A stretch of 64,000 bases of DNA from positions 211,460 to 275,459 of the forward strand of contig CAZWAV010000001.1 in assembly GCA_964631935.1 (NCBI GenBank). Reading direction: 5' to 3'. The DNA comes from an uncultured Candidatus Saccharibacteria bacterium (GTDB lineage Bacteria; Patescibacteriota; Minisyncoccia; Phycocordibacterales; UBA9973). Positions within the stretch are counted from its first letter, which is position 1, and the number at the start of each line of letters is the position of its first letter. Positions 36,794-47,075 of the stretch are shown in pieces. Under the pieces are notes generated by a model. That model ran no database searches. It saw only the letters and a program-made list of their open reading frames with translations, and had not been told where the DNA came from. Both the position numbers and the translations under genes were made by a program.

Positions 36794-38272
36794 TTATATC
36801 AAGGGCTCGCTTGCTTTCTCTTCTACTGCTGGTTTAGCACCCTGATCACCATATGCTGAGTTCTTGCCTCCTGTAATTGCGGCCTTTTCTTGGGCCGAAC
36901 GGATGATAGTAGACTCTTCTTCTGCAATTAGTCTCTGGGCATCGCCTGCAGGTATGGCATATTGCCTGCGAGAAGCCTCAATGATGCGCTCTCGGTATGA
37001 AGGATGGGTCGCAGGAAGAACACGCAGAGTCTCTGCTGAGAATGGATCATAGCTTTCTCCATCTATTGTCATCTTTATATAAAATTCTCCGACTCCTAGA
37101 TTGATCATATCTTTCACATCAAAGATTGGAGCAAATTCTGGCTTGAGCTTTGTCGCATCATCACCTCCAACACGGAATGAGATGATAGAACCGACGTTAC
37201 CAAGCACTGCCTGCTGAACCTTTGGTAGAAGCTGGCCGATATATTGGTGAGCCACAGTAAGATTGAGTCCATACTTGCGAGCTTCAGAAAGAATGTTCTC
37301 AAATGTATCTGTAACTATATTTTGGAACTCGTCTACATATAAATAAAAGTCGTGACGATCTTTGGGATCAAGCTTGGCACGAGCCATACCTGCTTGTTTA
37401 ATCTTTGTTAGGAACATCGCACCAAAGAAAGATGAATTCTCTTCCCCTATTTTTCCTTTAGAGAGATTAATGAGAAGTATCTTCTGATCGTTCATTATCT
37501 TTTCGATATCAATCTTGTTTTCTTTCTGTCCGAAAATATTACGGAGCATTGGGTCAGACAAAAATTGTCCGAGTTTATTTACGAGTGGGATGATAGCATC
37601 CGTATCGAACTTCTCAGACCAATCAGCGAATTCTATTGCCCAGAATCTTTTAACCATGTCATCTTCAATATACTCGACAACCTTCTGACGGTAATTACGA
37701 TCAGTGAGCATAGAGATCATACCGCGCATAGTTGCATGAGGATAATCAAGAAGAGCAAGTGTTGTAAAACGAAAGACGTGCTCAAGACGTGGAGTCCAGT
37801 TCGCACCGAACTGCTTACGAAGAACCTCAATGAGACCTTGAGTCAACTGGTGCTTAAAAGTTGGATCAACGTTCGCGAGAGGATTGAATGATGATGGGAA
37901 ATCTATATCCCCGGGGTCAATGACACAAACATCATTAATACGATTCTCTGGAATGAAATTTAAAATATCTTCAATAAACTCTCCGTGTGGATCGATAATA
38001 CAAACACCACAACCATAAGCTATGTCTTGGCGAACCATAAGCTCTTGGAGCTTGGATTTACCGACACCAGACTTCCCTATAATATATAAATGTCTTCGGC
38101 GATCTATACGCTTTATACCGAAAACGAACTTCTTTTCTTCAAGAGAAGCTACGTAGTTTGTCCGGCCAATAAAAGAAACCTCACTCGGATCAGCTTGACC
38201 AAGAGTCGGTAAATCAGGAGGCGGAGGAGCATATTTTATTATTTGAATCTTGTTCGGTTTATCGAGCGCCAT
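36794..38272 (-). CDS. VirD4/TraG-like P-loop ATPase, paralog of 29601..31880 (no zinc-ribbon tail)
   Basis: GKSGVGKS, IIDPHGE, DEFQNIVT, LTVAHQ; 492 aa; same architecture as the other copy through the ATPase core. Confidence 0.65.
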   Translation of the reverse strand: MALDKPNKIQIIKYAPPPPDLPTLGQADPSEVSFIGRTNYVASLEEKKFVFGIKRIDRRRHLYIIGKSGVGKSKLQELMVRQDIAYGCGVCIIDPHGEFIEDILNFIPENRINDVCVIDPGDIDFPSSFNPLANVDPTFKHQLTQGLIEVLRKQFGANWTPRLEHVFRFTTLALLDYPHATMRGMISMLTDRNYRQKVVEYIEDDMVKRFWAIEFADWSEKFDTDAIIPLVNKLGQFLSDPMLRNIFGQKENKIDIEKIMNDQKILLINLSKGKIGEENSSFFGAMFLTKIKQAGMARAKLDPKDRHDFYLYVDEFQNIVTDTFENILSEARKYGLNLTVAHQYIGQLLPKVQQAVLGNVGSIISFRVGGDDATKLKPEFAPIFDVKDMINLGVGEFYIKMTIDGESYDPFSAETLRVLPATHPSYRERIIEASRRQYAIPAGDAQRLIAEEESTIIRSAQEKAAITGGKNSAYGDQGAKPAVEEKASEPLI

Positions 38273-38301
38273 ATATAAAACTCATTGTACCAAATACATA
38301 C

Positions 38302-38333
38302 AAAAAAGACATGCTTAACGCATGTCTTTTTTT
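38302..38333. terminator. Bidirectional rho-independent terminator
   Basis: caaaaaagacatgc-ttaac-gcatgtcttttttt. Confidence 0.65.
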
Positions 38334-38349
38334 AAAATTGATGAACCAA

Positions 38350-38691
38350 TTACTTTAAAACCTCTGAGGTCTTTAGCCTCTTCCATACTCCAAACATTAT
38401 TAATTTCTTGTTTGGATCTTCGCACCTAAGCGATACGTGTGCTATGTGTGAAATAATACCTTTTTCAAGCTCTATTGAAAGAGTAGATGAATGGCTCGCC
38501 ATTCTAACCAAAAAAGTATCTTCAAATTCATCCACTGGCAATTGAATAACTTGCGTTTGTTTTGTAATTTGATTTACAACACCTTCAATACATAAGGCCA
38601 TCTTGGTTGTGATTGGAGACTTAGCATCTTCATGAATAAAGATACTGAAAGTGTGTTTTGTGGTTGTTGGAGCGTCTACAGTTGTACACAT
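38350..38691 (-). CDS. Hypothetical protein
   Basis: 113 aa; no motif. Confidence 0.4.
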   Translation of the reverse strand: MCTTVDAPTTTKHTFSIFIHEDAKSPITTKMALCIEGVVNQITKQTQVIQLPVDEFEDTFLVRMASHSSTLSIELEKGIISHIAHVSLRCEDPNKKLIMFGVWKRLKTSEVLK

Positions 38692-38754
38692 AATTTCTGG
38701 GTTTTTGATTTTAAAATTGAAATTTTCTCTAAGAGTATACTCTAAAAACCCTCA

Positions 38755-40077
38755 ATGTCAATAAAAGCAATAATATGTAGTATAATAGACCCACATATGA
38801 GCGAAGATAAAAAATCTCTACTTACTGATAGTAGTGACTATATAAAAAAACTCGGCCCCGGACTAATCACCGGTGCTGCTGATGACGATCCTTCTGGTAT
38901 CGCCACTTATTCACAGACAGGTGCCCAATACGGCACAAGCTTGCTGTGGCTTGCCGCATGGACATTCCCTCTTATGGCTATGATTCAAGAGATGTGTGCG
39001 CGTATAGCACTCGTAACTGGTCAAGGATTAGCCGCAAACATAAAGCATACTTACTCAAAAAAAGTACTTTATGTATGTACATTTTTACTCTTTATAGCTA
39101 ACACCCTAAACATAGGCGCGGATTTAGGCGCTATGGCAAAAGCCGTCCAACTCATAAGTCCTAAAATTTCATTTGTGTTCTTGGTTATATTTATCGGAAT
39201 AGTCGGACTTCTATTACAAGTATTTATCCCTTATAAAAAATATGCGAAATATTTGAAGTGGCTAGTCATAGCATTGTTCGCATATATAGCCACTGGCCTT
39301 ATTATTCATATGGATTGGTCTACTCTTCTCCGGGATGGAATAATTCCGCATATAACATTTTCTAAGACTCAAATATTGCTCATAACAGGAATACTGGGAA
39401 CTACAATATCCCCTTATCTATTCTTCTGGCAAACATCACAAGAAGTCGAAGAGCAAATAGCTGAAGGAAAAGTAACAGTGAAATCACGCCAAGGTACAAA
39501 TGATCGAGAAATAAAAAAGATGCGCATCGATGTATGGACTGGGATGTTCCTTTCAAATTTAGTCATGTTCTTTATTATCGCTGTATGCGCTAACACACTA
39601 TTTGTCCACGGAATTACAAATATAAGCACAGCTAGTGACGCGGCTATGGCCCTAAAACCTTTAGCGGGGCCTTGGGCTACTGTTCTATTTGCTATGGGCA
39701 TCCTAGGCACTGGTATGCTAGCTATACCGATACTCGCAGGATCGACTTCATATGCCATATCAGAGAGCTTTGGATGGAAGGAGGGTCTATACAGGAAGCT
39801 AAACGAGGCTCGGGCATTCTACGGAGTTATAATCGTATCTATAATAATAGGCATATTTATAAACTTTATTGGCATAGACCCAATAAAGGCACTCATCTAC
39901 TCTGCAATTGGAAATGGTATCATTGCACCTATTGTACTCGTATTCATAGTCCACATTAGTGGAAATAAACAAATCATGGGGCGATACAAGAACTCTCGTC
40001 TTGGAAATGTTGTAGGTTGGATAGTCACTATCCTTATGGGGATTACAGCTTTAGCTGCTATATATTCCTTATTATAA
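38755..40077 (+). CDS. mntH: NRAMP-family divalent metal (Mn2+/Fe2+) transporter
   Basis: GPGLITGAADDDPSGIATYSQTGAQYG...; 11-12 TM; 440 aa. Confidence 0.85.
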   Translation: MSIKAIICSIIDPHMSEDKKSLLTDSSDYIKKLGPGLITGAADDDPSGIATYSQTGAQYGTSLLWLAAWTFPLMAMIQEMCARIALVTGQGLAANIKHTYSKKVLYVCTFLLFIANTLNIGADLGAMAKAVQLISPKISFVFLVIFIGIVGLLLQVFIPYKKYAKYLKWLVIALFAYIATGLIIHMDWSTLLRDGIIPHITFSKTQILLITGILGTTISPYLFFWQTSQEVEEQIAEGKVTVKSRQGTNDREIKKMRIDVWTGMFLSNLVMFFIIAVCANTLFVHGITNISTASDAAMALKPLAGPWATVLFAMGILGTGMLAIPILAGSTSYAISESFGWKEGLYRKLNEARAFYGVIIVSIIIGIFINFIGIDPIKALIYSAIGNGIIAPIVLVFIVHISGNKQIMGRYKNSRLGNVVGWIVTILMGITALAAIYSLL

Positions 40078-40474
40078 AAAAGTGAATCTTAATTGACGTA
40101 GGTTGTTTATGCTGATATAATAAGCTTTAACCTCATTTTTAACGCTTAAATCTAAGCTTATGATCCTTCTACTTTTAATTGGATATTGCATTTTCCGTCA
40201 TATCCAATCAACCAACAAGTTTGCTGATGATGTTCGCCCCGCAAAAGGCTCCTGGAATGATGTCGTTGAAAGAAAAACATTCAAAATGAGCGAGTACCGC
40301 TCTTCTGCCGGACAAGGAGAATCACCAGTTATTAAAGTGGCATAAACCACAAAATGATTACAGCCCGGCTGCACTACTATCCTCTATGGATTCAAGTGCG
40401 AAGGGCTTTTTTTATAAATTCAATGCTCTTGCAAAAATATAAAAATACAGTAAGATAGATAGGTATTTAATTAT

Positions 40475-40547
40475 GGGCCGTTAGCTCATCTGGTAGAGCA
40501 CCTCATTTGCAATGAGGGGGTGGCAGGTTCGAGTCCTGTACGGTCCA
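40475..40547 (+). tRNA. tRNA-Ala (anticodon UGC)
   Basis: Acceptor GGGCCGT/ACGGTCC (one G·U), D-loop AGCTCATCTGGTAGAGC, anticodon stem CCTCA/TGAGG loop TTTGCAA, T-loop GGTTCGAGTCC. Confidence 0.85.
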
Positions 40548-40668
40548 CAACTTGACTTTTAACTAATTTTATGCTATTATGAGAGAGTAGTAGCTCTTTG
40601 ATATTTGTTTTGTTTATTGAGCAAAGAAGATTAGATTAGTCTTTTCTGTTCAAATAAACAAAACTAAA

Positions 40669-40896
40669 ATGAAAAAAATTAACAGAATGTTTAATTTGGC
40701 ATACGCCATACTTTTTGGATTCCCTGCATTTATGTTCCTCGGAACATTTAAATCTGAGATGGTTTATTTTCAAATTGCTATAGCAATAGCAATCCCAGGA
40801 TTTCTTCTTTTTTTTACTGCGCTCCATATGCGCAATATGCACGACAAGGAAATTGCAAGTATGGAAGTATCAATAAACCAAATTGGCAGAAATTAA
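40669..40896 (+). CDS. Small membrane protein, hypothetical
   Basis: 75 aa, two hydrophobic helices. Confidence 0.35.
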   Translation: MKKINRMFNLAYAILFGFPAFMFLGTFKSEMVYFQIAIAIAIPGFLLFFTALHMRNMHDKEIASMEVSINQIGRN

Positions 40897-41109
40897 TTAA
40901 CTAATTCTACTTTGCCATCAGAAAAGCCATCAGCGCTTCTCTGGTGGCTTTTTCTTTATATTCCATTCCCCTATTGTGATATCAATAATCATTTTTAATA
41001 AACAGAAACAAGTCTATTTTCATACACAATACTCCCTTTTATATTCTCAGACGCCTCAAATACCCAGCTTTCTATTTAGTTCCAAGATTTTAAGATATTG
41101 TCAACAATA

Positions 41110-41146
41110 AAAAGAAAACGCCTCAATGAGGCGTTTTCTTTTTATC
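41110..41146. terminator. Bidirectional rho-independent terminator
   Basis: aaaagaaaacgcctc-aat-gaggcgttttctttttat. Confidence 0.7.
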
Positions 41147-41153
41147 TTTATGT

Positions 41154-41504
41154 TTATATCGGAAAATATCTAGACAAACCTCCGACTAGAGGTAATTCCT
41201 TTTCTTTCTCTTGAGCAGCATTTATTATGCCTATAATTGAGAGGACAAATAGAGCTAAATGAACAATCCTATAGATTGGCCATAGAGTCCACATGAACAG
41301 TGATGAACTTAGGACCCATAGTATAACTTCAATACTTAGAAGGACTAGGCCCTGCTTTATGTGAAATTTTACAAAAGGATCGTCCTTCTTCATAAGATAA
41401 GAAATAATAACTAGTGGGCCCAAATAGGAAAGTATTCCCATTAGTACTCTCTCAGTCGATGCGTGCTTTATAGGAGCTTGTGGTGCGTTTTGTGGTGTAT
41501 CCAT
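41154..41504 (-). CDS. DUF4870-like small membrane protein
   Basis: 116 aa; KDDPFVKFHIKQGLVL motif and two TM helices. Confidence 0.5.
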   Translation of the reverse strand: MDTPQNAPQAPIKHASTERVLMGILSYLGPLVIISYLMKKDDPFVKFHIKQGLVLLSIEVILWVLSSSLFMWTLWPIYRIVHLALFVLSIIGIINAAQEKEKELPLVGGLSRYFPI

Positions 41505-41562
41505 ATATAATAATCTATTACCAATAATGCATTAATTATACCACTATAAACTTCGGCTGGCG

Positions 41563-41600
41563 AACAAAAATCACCTCCATTATTGAGGTGATTTTTGTTC
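41563..41600. terminator. Rho-independent terminator downstream of the 1051-aa surface-protein gene
   Basis: acaaaaatcacctc-cattatt-gaggtgatttttgt. Confidence 0.65.
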
Positions 41601-41602
41601 GA

Positions 41603-44600
41603 TTATTTCTTTTTTGGAGCTTCAGGATTAGTCTCTATAGGGACCAATTTAGGAATTGGCAACTTAAGATCTGGACACATGATATTGTTCACTTCAGTTT
41701 GAGTAGTGAGATAGAATATTCCAGTAGGCCCTTTAAATCCCCAAGGATTTAAGACATTACTTGATTGTCTTGATTGGAATTTCTTCACTGCTTTCTCTGT
41801 GCTATTGCCATAGTTTCCATCTTCTTTAAGTCCTGCTTTCATGTAGTCATTCAAGAACTTCTGAAGCTTCTTTACTGCTTCTGTGTCGTTCTTATAGCCT
41901 TTTCGTAGGAACTTATCTATGTAGATTCCGCAGGCAGTAGATGCACCGAGAACCTGACCTTGTGGAGCTATTTTACCGCCTCCTCCACCACCATTATTAT
42001 TATCTGTAATAGTTGGTCCTCCGCCACCTCCTGAATTATTTTCGTCTGTATCATTAGGATCATAAGCTCCACCAAATGTACCCCCTGCATGACAGCCTGG
42101 ATCATTTGAGTCTATAAGTTGATCTGTATCATTATCTAGCCCGTCTGAACATACAGCAGAACTATTTGACTCATCATCATCGAGAGCATTATATGATTCT
42201 GGGTTATTTACATTACCATCACTGTGACAGCCTGGGTCTGCTTGGTCAATAAGGCCATCTTCATCATTACTAATACCATCTGAACACTGAGGACTATTAT
42301 CAACTACTGGAACATATGTATTTGTAACAGTACATGTAGCTGAACCACCTGCAGGAACATTTAAGTCAGTACAAGTTGAGTATTCAGTTGTATAATTAGC
42401 GTAAGAATTTTCAACAACAGTGTGGTTGCCAGCAGTTACAGTAATATGATTCTCCCCGTCAGATTCGAAAGCAACAGCATCTGCACCGTCAACCTTGAAG
42501 CTAAATGTTGAAGGATTTACATCACTATTTAATAATACTTTCTTTACAATAAGAGTGCCTGTTGTTGGATCAACTGGGGGGCAGTCGTTGCTTGTAACAT
42601 GAAGTTTGTAGAGCAAACCAGCTGGATTACTATCAAACGTAGACTCGGCAACTGGCATGTTTGTGACACTAAATGAAAGTGAGTTTGAACCAGCATTTAG
42701 GAATGAGAGTGGATTGTAAGAATGCACAGTATTGTAATTGAACTCTGTAGGGTCTGAGAAGACACTTGAGCCTGCATTAATACTGACATCGTAGCCATTA
42801 TCTGCCGCTACATCGAGCGTCGCAGATGTAGGTGTACCTAATATGTTAAATGTTTTAGTAAATGTTTTTGTCTGTGAAGTAGTTGTATCGAATCCTTCTA
42901 TCACTGACCAGATCCAAGTAGCACCTGGAATGTTTGCAGTCCAACCTGGGTTTATAGAAGCGACAGGAGTAGCATTTACACCATCAACCATATCTTCTGC
43001 GTTACTAAATACATCTAATTCATGGTCTCCACATTGAGGGACATCATTTGGTACACATTGACCATCATTATTTAAATGCATTCCTTCTGGAACTGTAGCT
43101 TGATTCCCTTCAATATTTGGACACATATCAACTGGGGCCTGAGTCTTTAAAGCATTCCAAGCTACGCAGTAGTAATGAGCTCCTGGGACGATCTTTGCTG
43201 TATCTTCATCAGCACCTATACCTTCGTAGTTATCATAGTTATAGATATCGCTTGAACAGTATATCTCAGCAGTAACATTATTTACATTACCAGGGAAATC
43301 TTGAGCTGTGAAAGGAATGTATCCATCCTTTAGAACTTCAGCAAGATGAACTTCGGTAACTCCAGTGATTGGAATATTCATAGTTGTAGTTCCATCTTCA
43401 CCTGTTGATTGATCAAATTTTGTGTATCCAGATGCAAGACCGACAAGAGTGTCAGCTGGCGCTCCAGTGTCTTGATTTCCATATTGGAAATCCCATCCAC
43501 TTTGTAAGTGACAAGTTGGGTGCTGTGCTAGCCAATCAGTTGCAGTAGAAGAATTTATTTCAAATGGTGCACCATTCTCTCCTGTACCCCAGTTTGGAAG
43601 ACTAGTCTCACTATCACAAACTATTTTTGTAGCGGTAACAGTTATAGTAGTAGGAGTCTCTACAACAGGTACATTAAATCCTACGCAATGATAAGTGTGA
43701 TTTACTTGCACAGGATCTATCCAATCATAGTTATCATAATTTAATACATCAGTATTACAGTAAAATTCAGCAGAATTTTTTGAAGCAGTGTCATTTAGAT
43801 TTGTCGTTGCACCAGAGAATGGAACATAGCCAGGCTTCATTTGTTCACGAACCCAAATTTTGTGTCCACTAGGAACTGAAACTGTGGATGTAAATGGTGT
43901 CCATGTACCACCAGCAGCACCTAAGTTATTCCCAGGGTTTGCTGTTGCTTCTGGTGCCCATTCAAAATTCCAAGGCTCTGTGTGGCATGTTGGGTGATTT
44001 GCTATGAAAGTACTTGCTGTTGTAGAAGTTATATCTGCACCTCCTATACCCCAGTTTGGAAGTAGGTCTTCCGTTGGGCAAACTATCTTTGTAGCAGATA
44101 TTGTAGCAGTAGGAGCTGGAGCATGGTTTTCGCACCATTCACTGCCATCATTACTTGGCTTGCCATCTTGTTTAAGTGGTCCAGCGTAACTAAAATCGCC
44201 ATGACCTAGGTGTGTCTGTAGAGAGCTTGAGTCTATTTGGATTGCACTCCAAGGGTGATTTTGAGAGCCAGTTTGGTGACAAATATTCACTTTATTTTGG
44301 TTATTATCTTCATCGTCATCATCGTCGTTATGGGAATTTGTAGCAACCCAAGTAAAAGTGTCATCAGCGCTATCAAAACCAGTGCCTGAAATACTACCAT
44401 TGCCGGCCCTTGTACCAGTAAGGTCAAAAGTATACCCAGCCCCTGTGCCAGTATATAAACCATGTAGTGTTACTGTAGTACCTGAAATAGTACCTGTAAG
44501 ATTCCATGTGGCTGTAGGATCAGATACTGAGTGACCAGTGCCAGAGAGAACACCTGTGCCTAGATTCTCATTTGCAATATTCATCACATGAGGAAAGACT

Positions 44601-44758
44601 GTTCCAGCACAACCAACGAAACCTGTAACACAAGTCAGATTAAGATTGTAGTTACCACGAATATCAACTTGTGCAGCTGAAGTAACTAGTGGTACAACAT
44701 TGAAACCTAACATCATAAACATTAAAACAATCGAACTCAACTTTTTTAGATTTTTCAT
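41603..44758 (-). CDS. Large secreted surface protein with TSP3-like Ca-binding repeats and C-terminal peptidoglycan-binding domain
   Basis: Signal peptide; DQADPGCHSDGN / DSNDPGCHAGG repeats; C-terminal LRKGYKNDTEAVKKLQKFLN...GNYGNSTEKAVKKFQ (PG_binding_1-like); 1051 aa, G/T/N-rich. Confidence 0.55.
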   Translation of the reverse strand: MKNLKKLSSIVLMFMMLGFNVVPLVTSAAQVDIRGNYNLNLTCVTGFVGCAGTVFPHVMNIANENLGTGVLSGTGHSVSDPTATWNLTGTISGTTVTLHGLYTGTGAGYTFDLTGTRAGNGSISGTGFDSADDTFTWVATNSHNDDDDDEDNNQNKVNICHQTGSQNHPWSAIQIDSSSLQTHLGHGDFSYAGPLKQDGKPSNDGSEWCENHAPAPTATISATKIVCPTEDLLPNWGIGGADITSTTASTFIANHPTCHTEPWNFEWAPEATANPGNNLGAAGGTWTPFTSTVSVPSGHKIWVREQMKPGYVPFSGATTNLNDTASKNSAEFYCNTDVLNYDNYDWIDPVQVNHTYHCVGFNVPVVETPTTITVTATKIVCDSETSLPNWGTGENGAPFEINSSTATDWLAQHPTCHLQSGWDFQYGNQDTGAPADTLVGLASGYTKFDQSTGEDGTTTMNIPITGVTEVHLAEVLKDGYIPFTAQDFPGNVNNVTAEIYCSSDIYNYDNYEGIGADEDTAKIVPGAHYYCVAWNALKTQAPVDMCPNIEGNQATVPEGMHLNNDGQCVPNDVPQCGDHELDVFSNAEDMVDGVNATPVASINPGWTANIPGATWIWSVIEGFDTTTSQTKTFTKTFNILGTPTSATLDVAADNGYDVSINAGSSVFSDPTEFNYNTVHSYNPLSFLNAGSNSLSFSVTNMPVAESTFDSNPAGLLYKLHVTSNDCPPVDPTTGTLIVKKVLLNSDVNPSTFSFKVDGADAVAFESDGENHITVTAGNHTVVENSYANYTTEYSTCTDLNVPAGGSATCTVTNTYVPVVDNSPQCSDGISNDEDGLIDQADPGCHSDGNVNNPESYNALDDDESNSSAVCSDGLDNDTDQLIDSNDPGCHAGGTFGGAYDPNDTDENNSGGGGGPTITDNNNGGGGGGKIAPQGQVLGASTACGIYIDKFLRKGYKNDTEAVKKLQKFLNDYMKAGLKEDGNYGNSTEKAVKKFQSRQSSNVLNPWGFKGPTGIFYLTTQTEVNNIMCPDLKLPIPKLVPIETNPEAPKKK

Positions 44759-44974
44759 AAAGAATAATGAAATATATTAATAAATTAAACACGAGCGACT
44801 AAAATTAATAGTAAAAAATAACGAAAACACCATACTTGACAGAACCCTTATCTAAGGCCAAATTACCATAATCAATAAATTTGTCAACGTATTTTGTGGA
44901 TAATAGGTTGATAACTCAAATGCTTATGACACTCTAAAATAAGGCATTTATTAAATTTTATTCCGATAATTATA

Positions 44975-46018
44975 CTATGAGATAAAGCTAGTAACAAACA
45001 TAGCCTTATTTATATAGATAAGGCATAGCATAATTACAAGAGTAAGGACTCCATACATTATATTCTTTGGGTGTCGGCGTCGGAATTCTATTACTGTCAT
45101 AGAAAGCATGGCCACAATAACAACCCACATAATCACATGATATATACGGTCAGCATATGAAGGCAACATAAACATGAGCTTTTCGTTCCATGAGGCATAA
45201 TGAACAGGTTGATCTTTTGGTATTAGGGGTTTTTCTTCTGTGGTAGTATTCTTTACTGCAACAAATTCTTTTGTTTCAGTTATTGTCTCTAAATTTCTAC
45301 TAGGAGAAACTTCTGCACCTTTAACTGAAGGAGTTGAGGCTATCGCTATTGGATTTTCTATTTGTGGTTTTACTACTTTTATTTCTTCTGTCTTTGGTTT
45401 TATTTCAGTTACAACATTGGTCTCTACTTTTGGTTCTTCTTTTCTTGTAATTGCAGGTGAACCGAACATCTGGACTACATAAGTAGTCGGATGTCCTTGA
45501 TAACTTGCATCTACAGTAGCGATACCAATTTCAGAAAAATGACTATTCAAAATATTTGCTTTGTGGGTTGGAGAATTGAGCCATGCTTTCTCTACGTCCA
45601 CTGATTCAGTGAAATCTATGGCCAAATTCTCTCCAGCGTAAACAAAAGAATACCCAGCCTCATCAAACCAATGCCATGGGGTCAAACCAGCAGGACTTGT
45701 ATGGGCAAAATAGCCAAGGCTAGCCATATTTTCAGCTTTTAGGCGGGCTGCTGTATCAAGGACTGAGTTACGGGTTAGAGCTTTTTCGCTATTTGATGTA
45801 CGAGCATCATTTGTAAGATCAACAAGTACAGCTGGTAGCACTGTAGCTGTCATGTTTGTATTTTTTATATAAAGGCTAGTACTGGCTGAAATAGATAGTA
45901 TTACTATAGCAACTACTGTAATAGATATAATAGAAGCCTCACGAAAGAAATGTGGCTTGTAGTCATTGTGTTTATGCGGAATAAATGCGTGTTTAAAGGC
46001 TTTAAAAACTTTATTCAT
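44975..46018 (-). CDS. CAP/SCP-domain membrane protein
   Basis: N-terminal TM, CAP-like core (YFAHTSPAG...GENLA...HKANILNSHFSEIGIA), C-terminal TM segment; 347 aa. Confidence 0.55.
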   Translation of the reverse strand: MNKVFKAFKHAFIPHKHNDYKPHFFREASIISITVVAIVILSISASTSLYIKNTNMTATVLPAVLVDLTNDARTSNSEKALTRNSVLDTAARLKAENMASLGYFAHTSPAGLTPWHWFDEAGYSFVYAGENLAIDFTESVDVEKAWLNSPTHKANILNSHFSEIGIATVDASYQGHPTTYVVQMFGSPAITRKEEPKVETNVVTEIKPKTEEIKVVKPQIENPIAIASTPSVKGAEVSPSRNLETITETKEFVAVKNTTTEEKPLIPKDQPVHYASWNEKLMFMLPSYADRIYHVIMWVVIVAMLSMTVIEFRRRHPKNIMYGVLTLVIMLCLIYINKAMFVTSFIS

Positions 46019-46056
46019 GTTTGGAAATTATACCATAAAATAAATAATAAGCAAGG

Positions 46057-47061
46057 CTAAGACCTATTTAAGGCAAGCCTAATAATATGGTCGAGGAATT
46101 CAGGCATTGTCGCCCCTACTGCGTTTAAAGCTTTTGGGGTAAGAGACTCATCTGTAAGGCCAGGAAGAGTATTTACTTCAAGAGCATATATTCCCCTCCT
46201 TGGGTGGACTATAAAATCACTACGAGAATAGTGGCTAAGGTTGAGCCCAGTATGAATAAGGGAAGCAAGTCTTTCTAGTTCTTCTTTCTCTTCTCTTGTG
46301 AAATTACCAGGACAAATCTCCTCTGAGATTCCAGAATACTTTGCGTCATAATCAAAAAAAGTTTTTGTATTTGGAATTCGAATCTCAATTGGTGGTAAAG
46401 TATAAAAATCTTTTCCTCGCAAACCTTCGACGACAGCAACTGTAGCTTCCTTGCCATCTATCATCTCTTCGACAATAATATTCATATTACTTTCTATGCC
46501 AATCTTAAGAGCATCCACAAGTTCACTAAATGTCTTACATATTTTAACCCCAAAAGATGAACCGCTTGATTGAGGTTTAACCACCCAAGGTGGAGCAAAC
46601 TTCTGCCAAACAAGCTTCGCTCTTTTTTGAGCAAGTTCTTCTATTAAAGGATATGGGTTTTTTTCATCTGCTGTAAATACAACATGGTTCGCAGTTTTTA
46701 TACCTAGTCTAGAAAATTGTTCTTTAGCTAGAGCCTTATTGTAACCTAAGGCTGAAGCAAATGCTCCACTTCCGGTATATGGAATATTCCATTGATCTAG
46801 CATCTGTTGGAGTTTTCCATCTTCTCCAAAATCTCCATGGAGAGCATTAAATATAACATCGACAGACTTAGAGACTTGTTCTAAATCCGTGGGCCTACCA
46901 TTTATATGCCAAGCGCCATCTTTATCTATTAGTATATCTATGGTTTTATACTTTTCATTCATCTTATCACTTCGCAGATGAGAAAGAACATTACCACCAG
47001 TAGCAAGTGATACATCGTATTCAGAACTTATTCCTCCACGAATGACGCCAACTCTAATCAT
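46057..47061 (-). CDS. ddl: D-alanine--D-alanine ligase
   Basis: MIRVGVIRGGISSEYDVSLATG N-terminus; ATP-grasp core; 334 aa. Confidence 0.85.
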   Translation of the reverse strand: MIRVGVIRGGISSEYDVSLATGGNVLSHLRSDKMNEKYKTIDILIDKDGAWHINGRPTDLEQVSKSVDVIFNALHGDFGEDGKLQQMLDQWNIPYTGSGAFASALGYNKALAKEQFSRLGIKTANHVVFTADEKNPYPLIEELAQKRAKLVWQKFAPPWVVKPQSSGSSFGVKICKTFSELVDALKIGIESNMNIIVEEMIDGKEATVAVVEGLRGKDFYTLPPIEIRIPNTKTFFDYDAKYSGISEEICPGNFTREEKEELERLASLIHTGLNLSHYSRSDFIVHPRRGIYALEVNTLPGLTDESLTPKALNAVGATMPEFLDHIIRLALNRS

Positions 47062-47075
47062 TCTTGTATTATATA

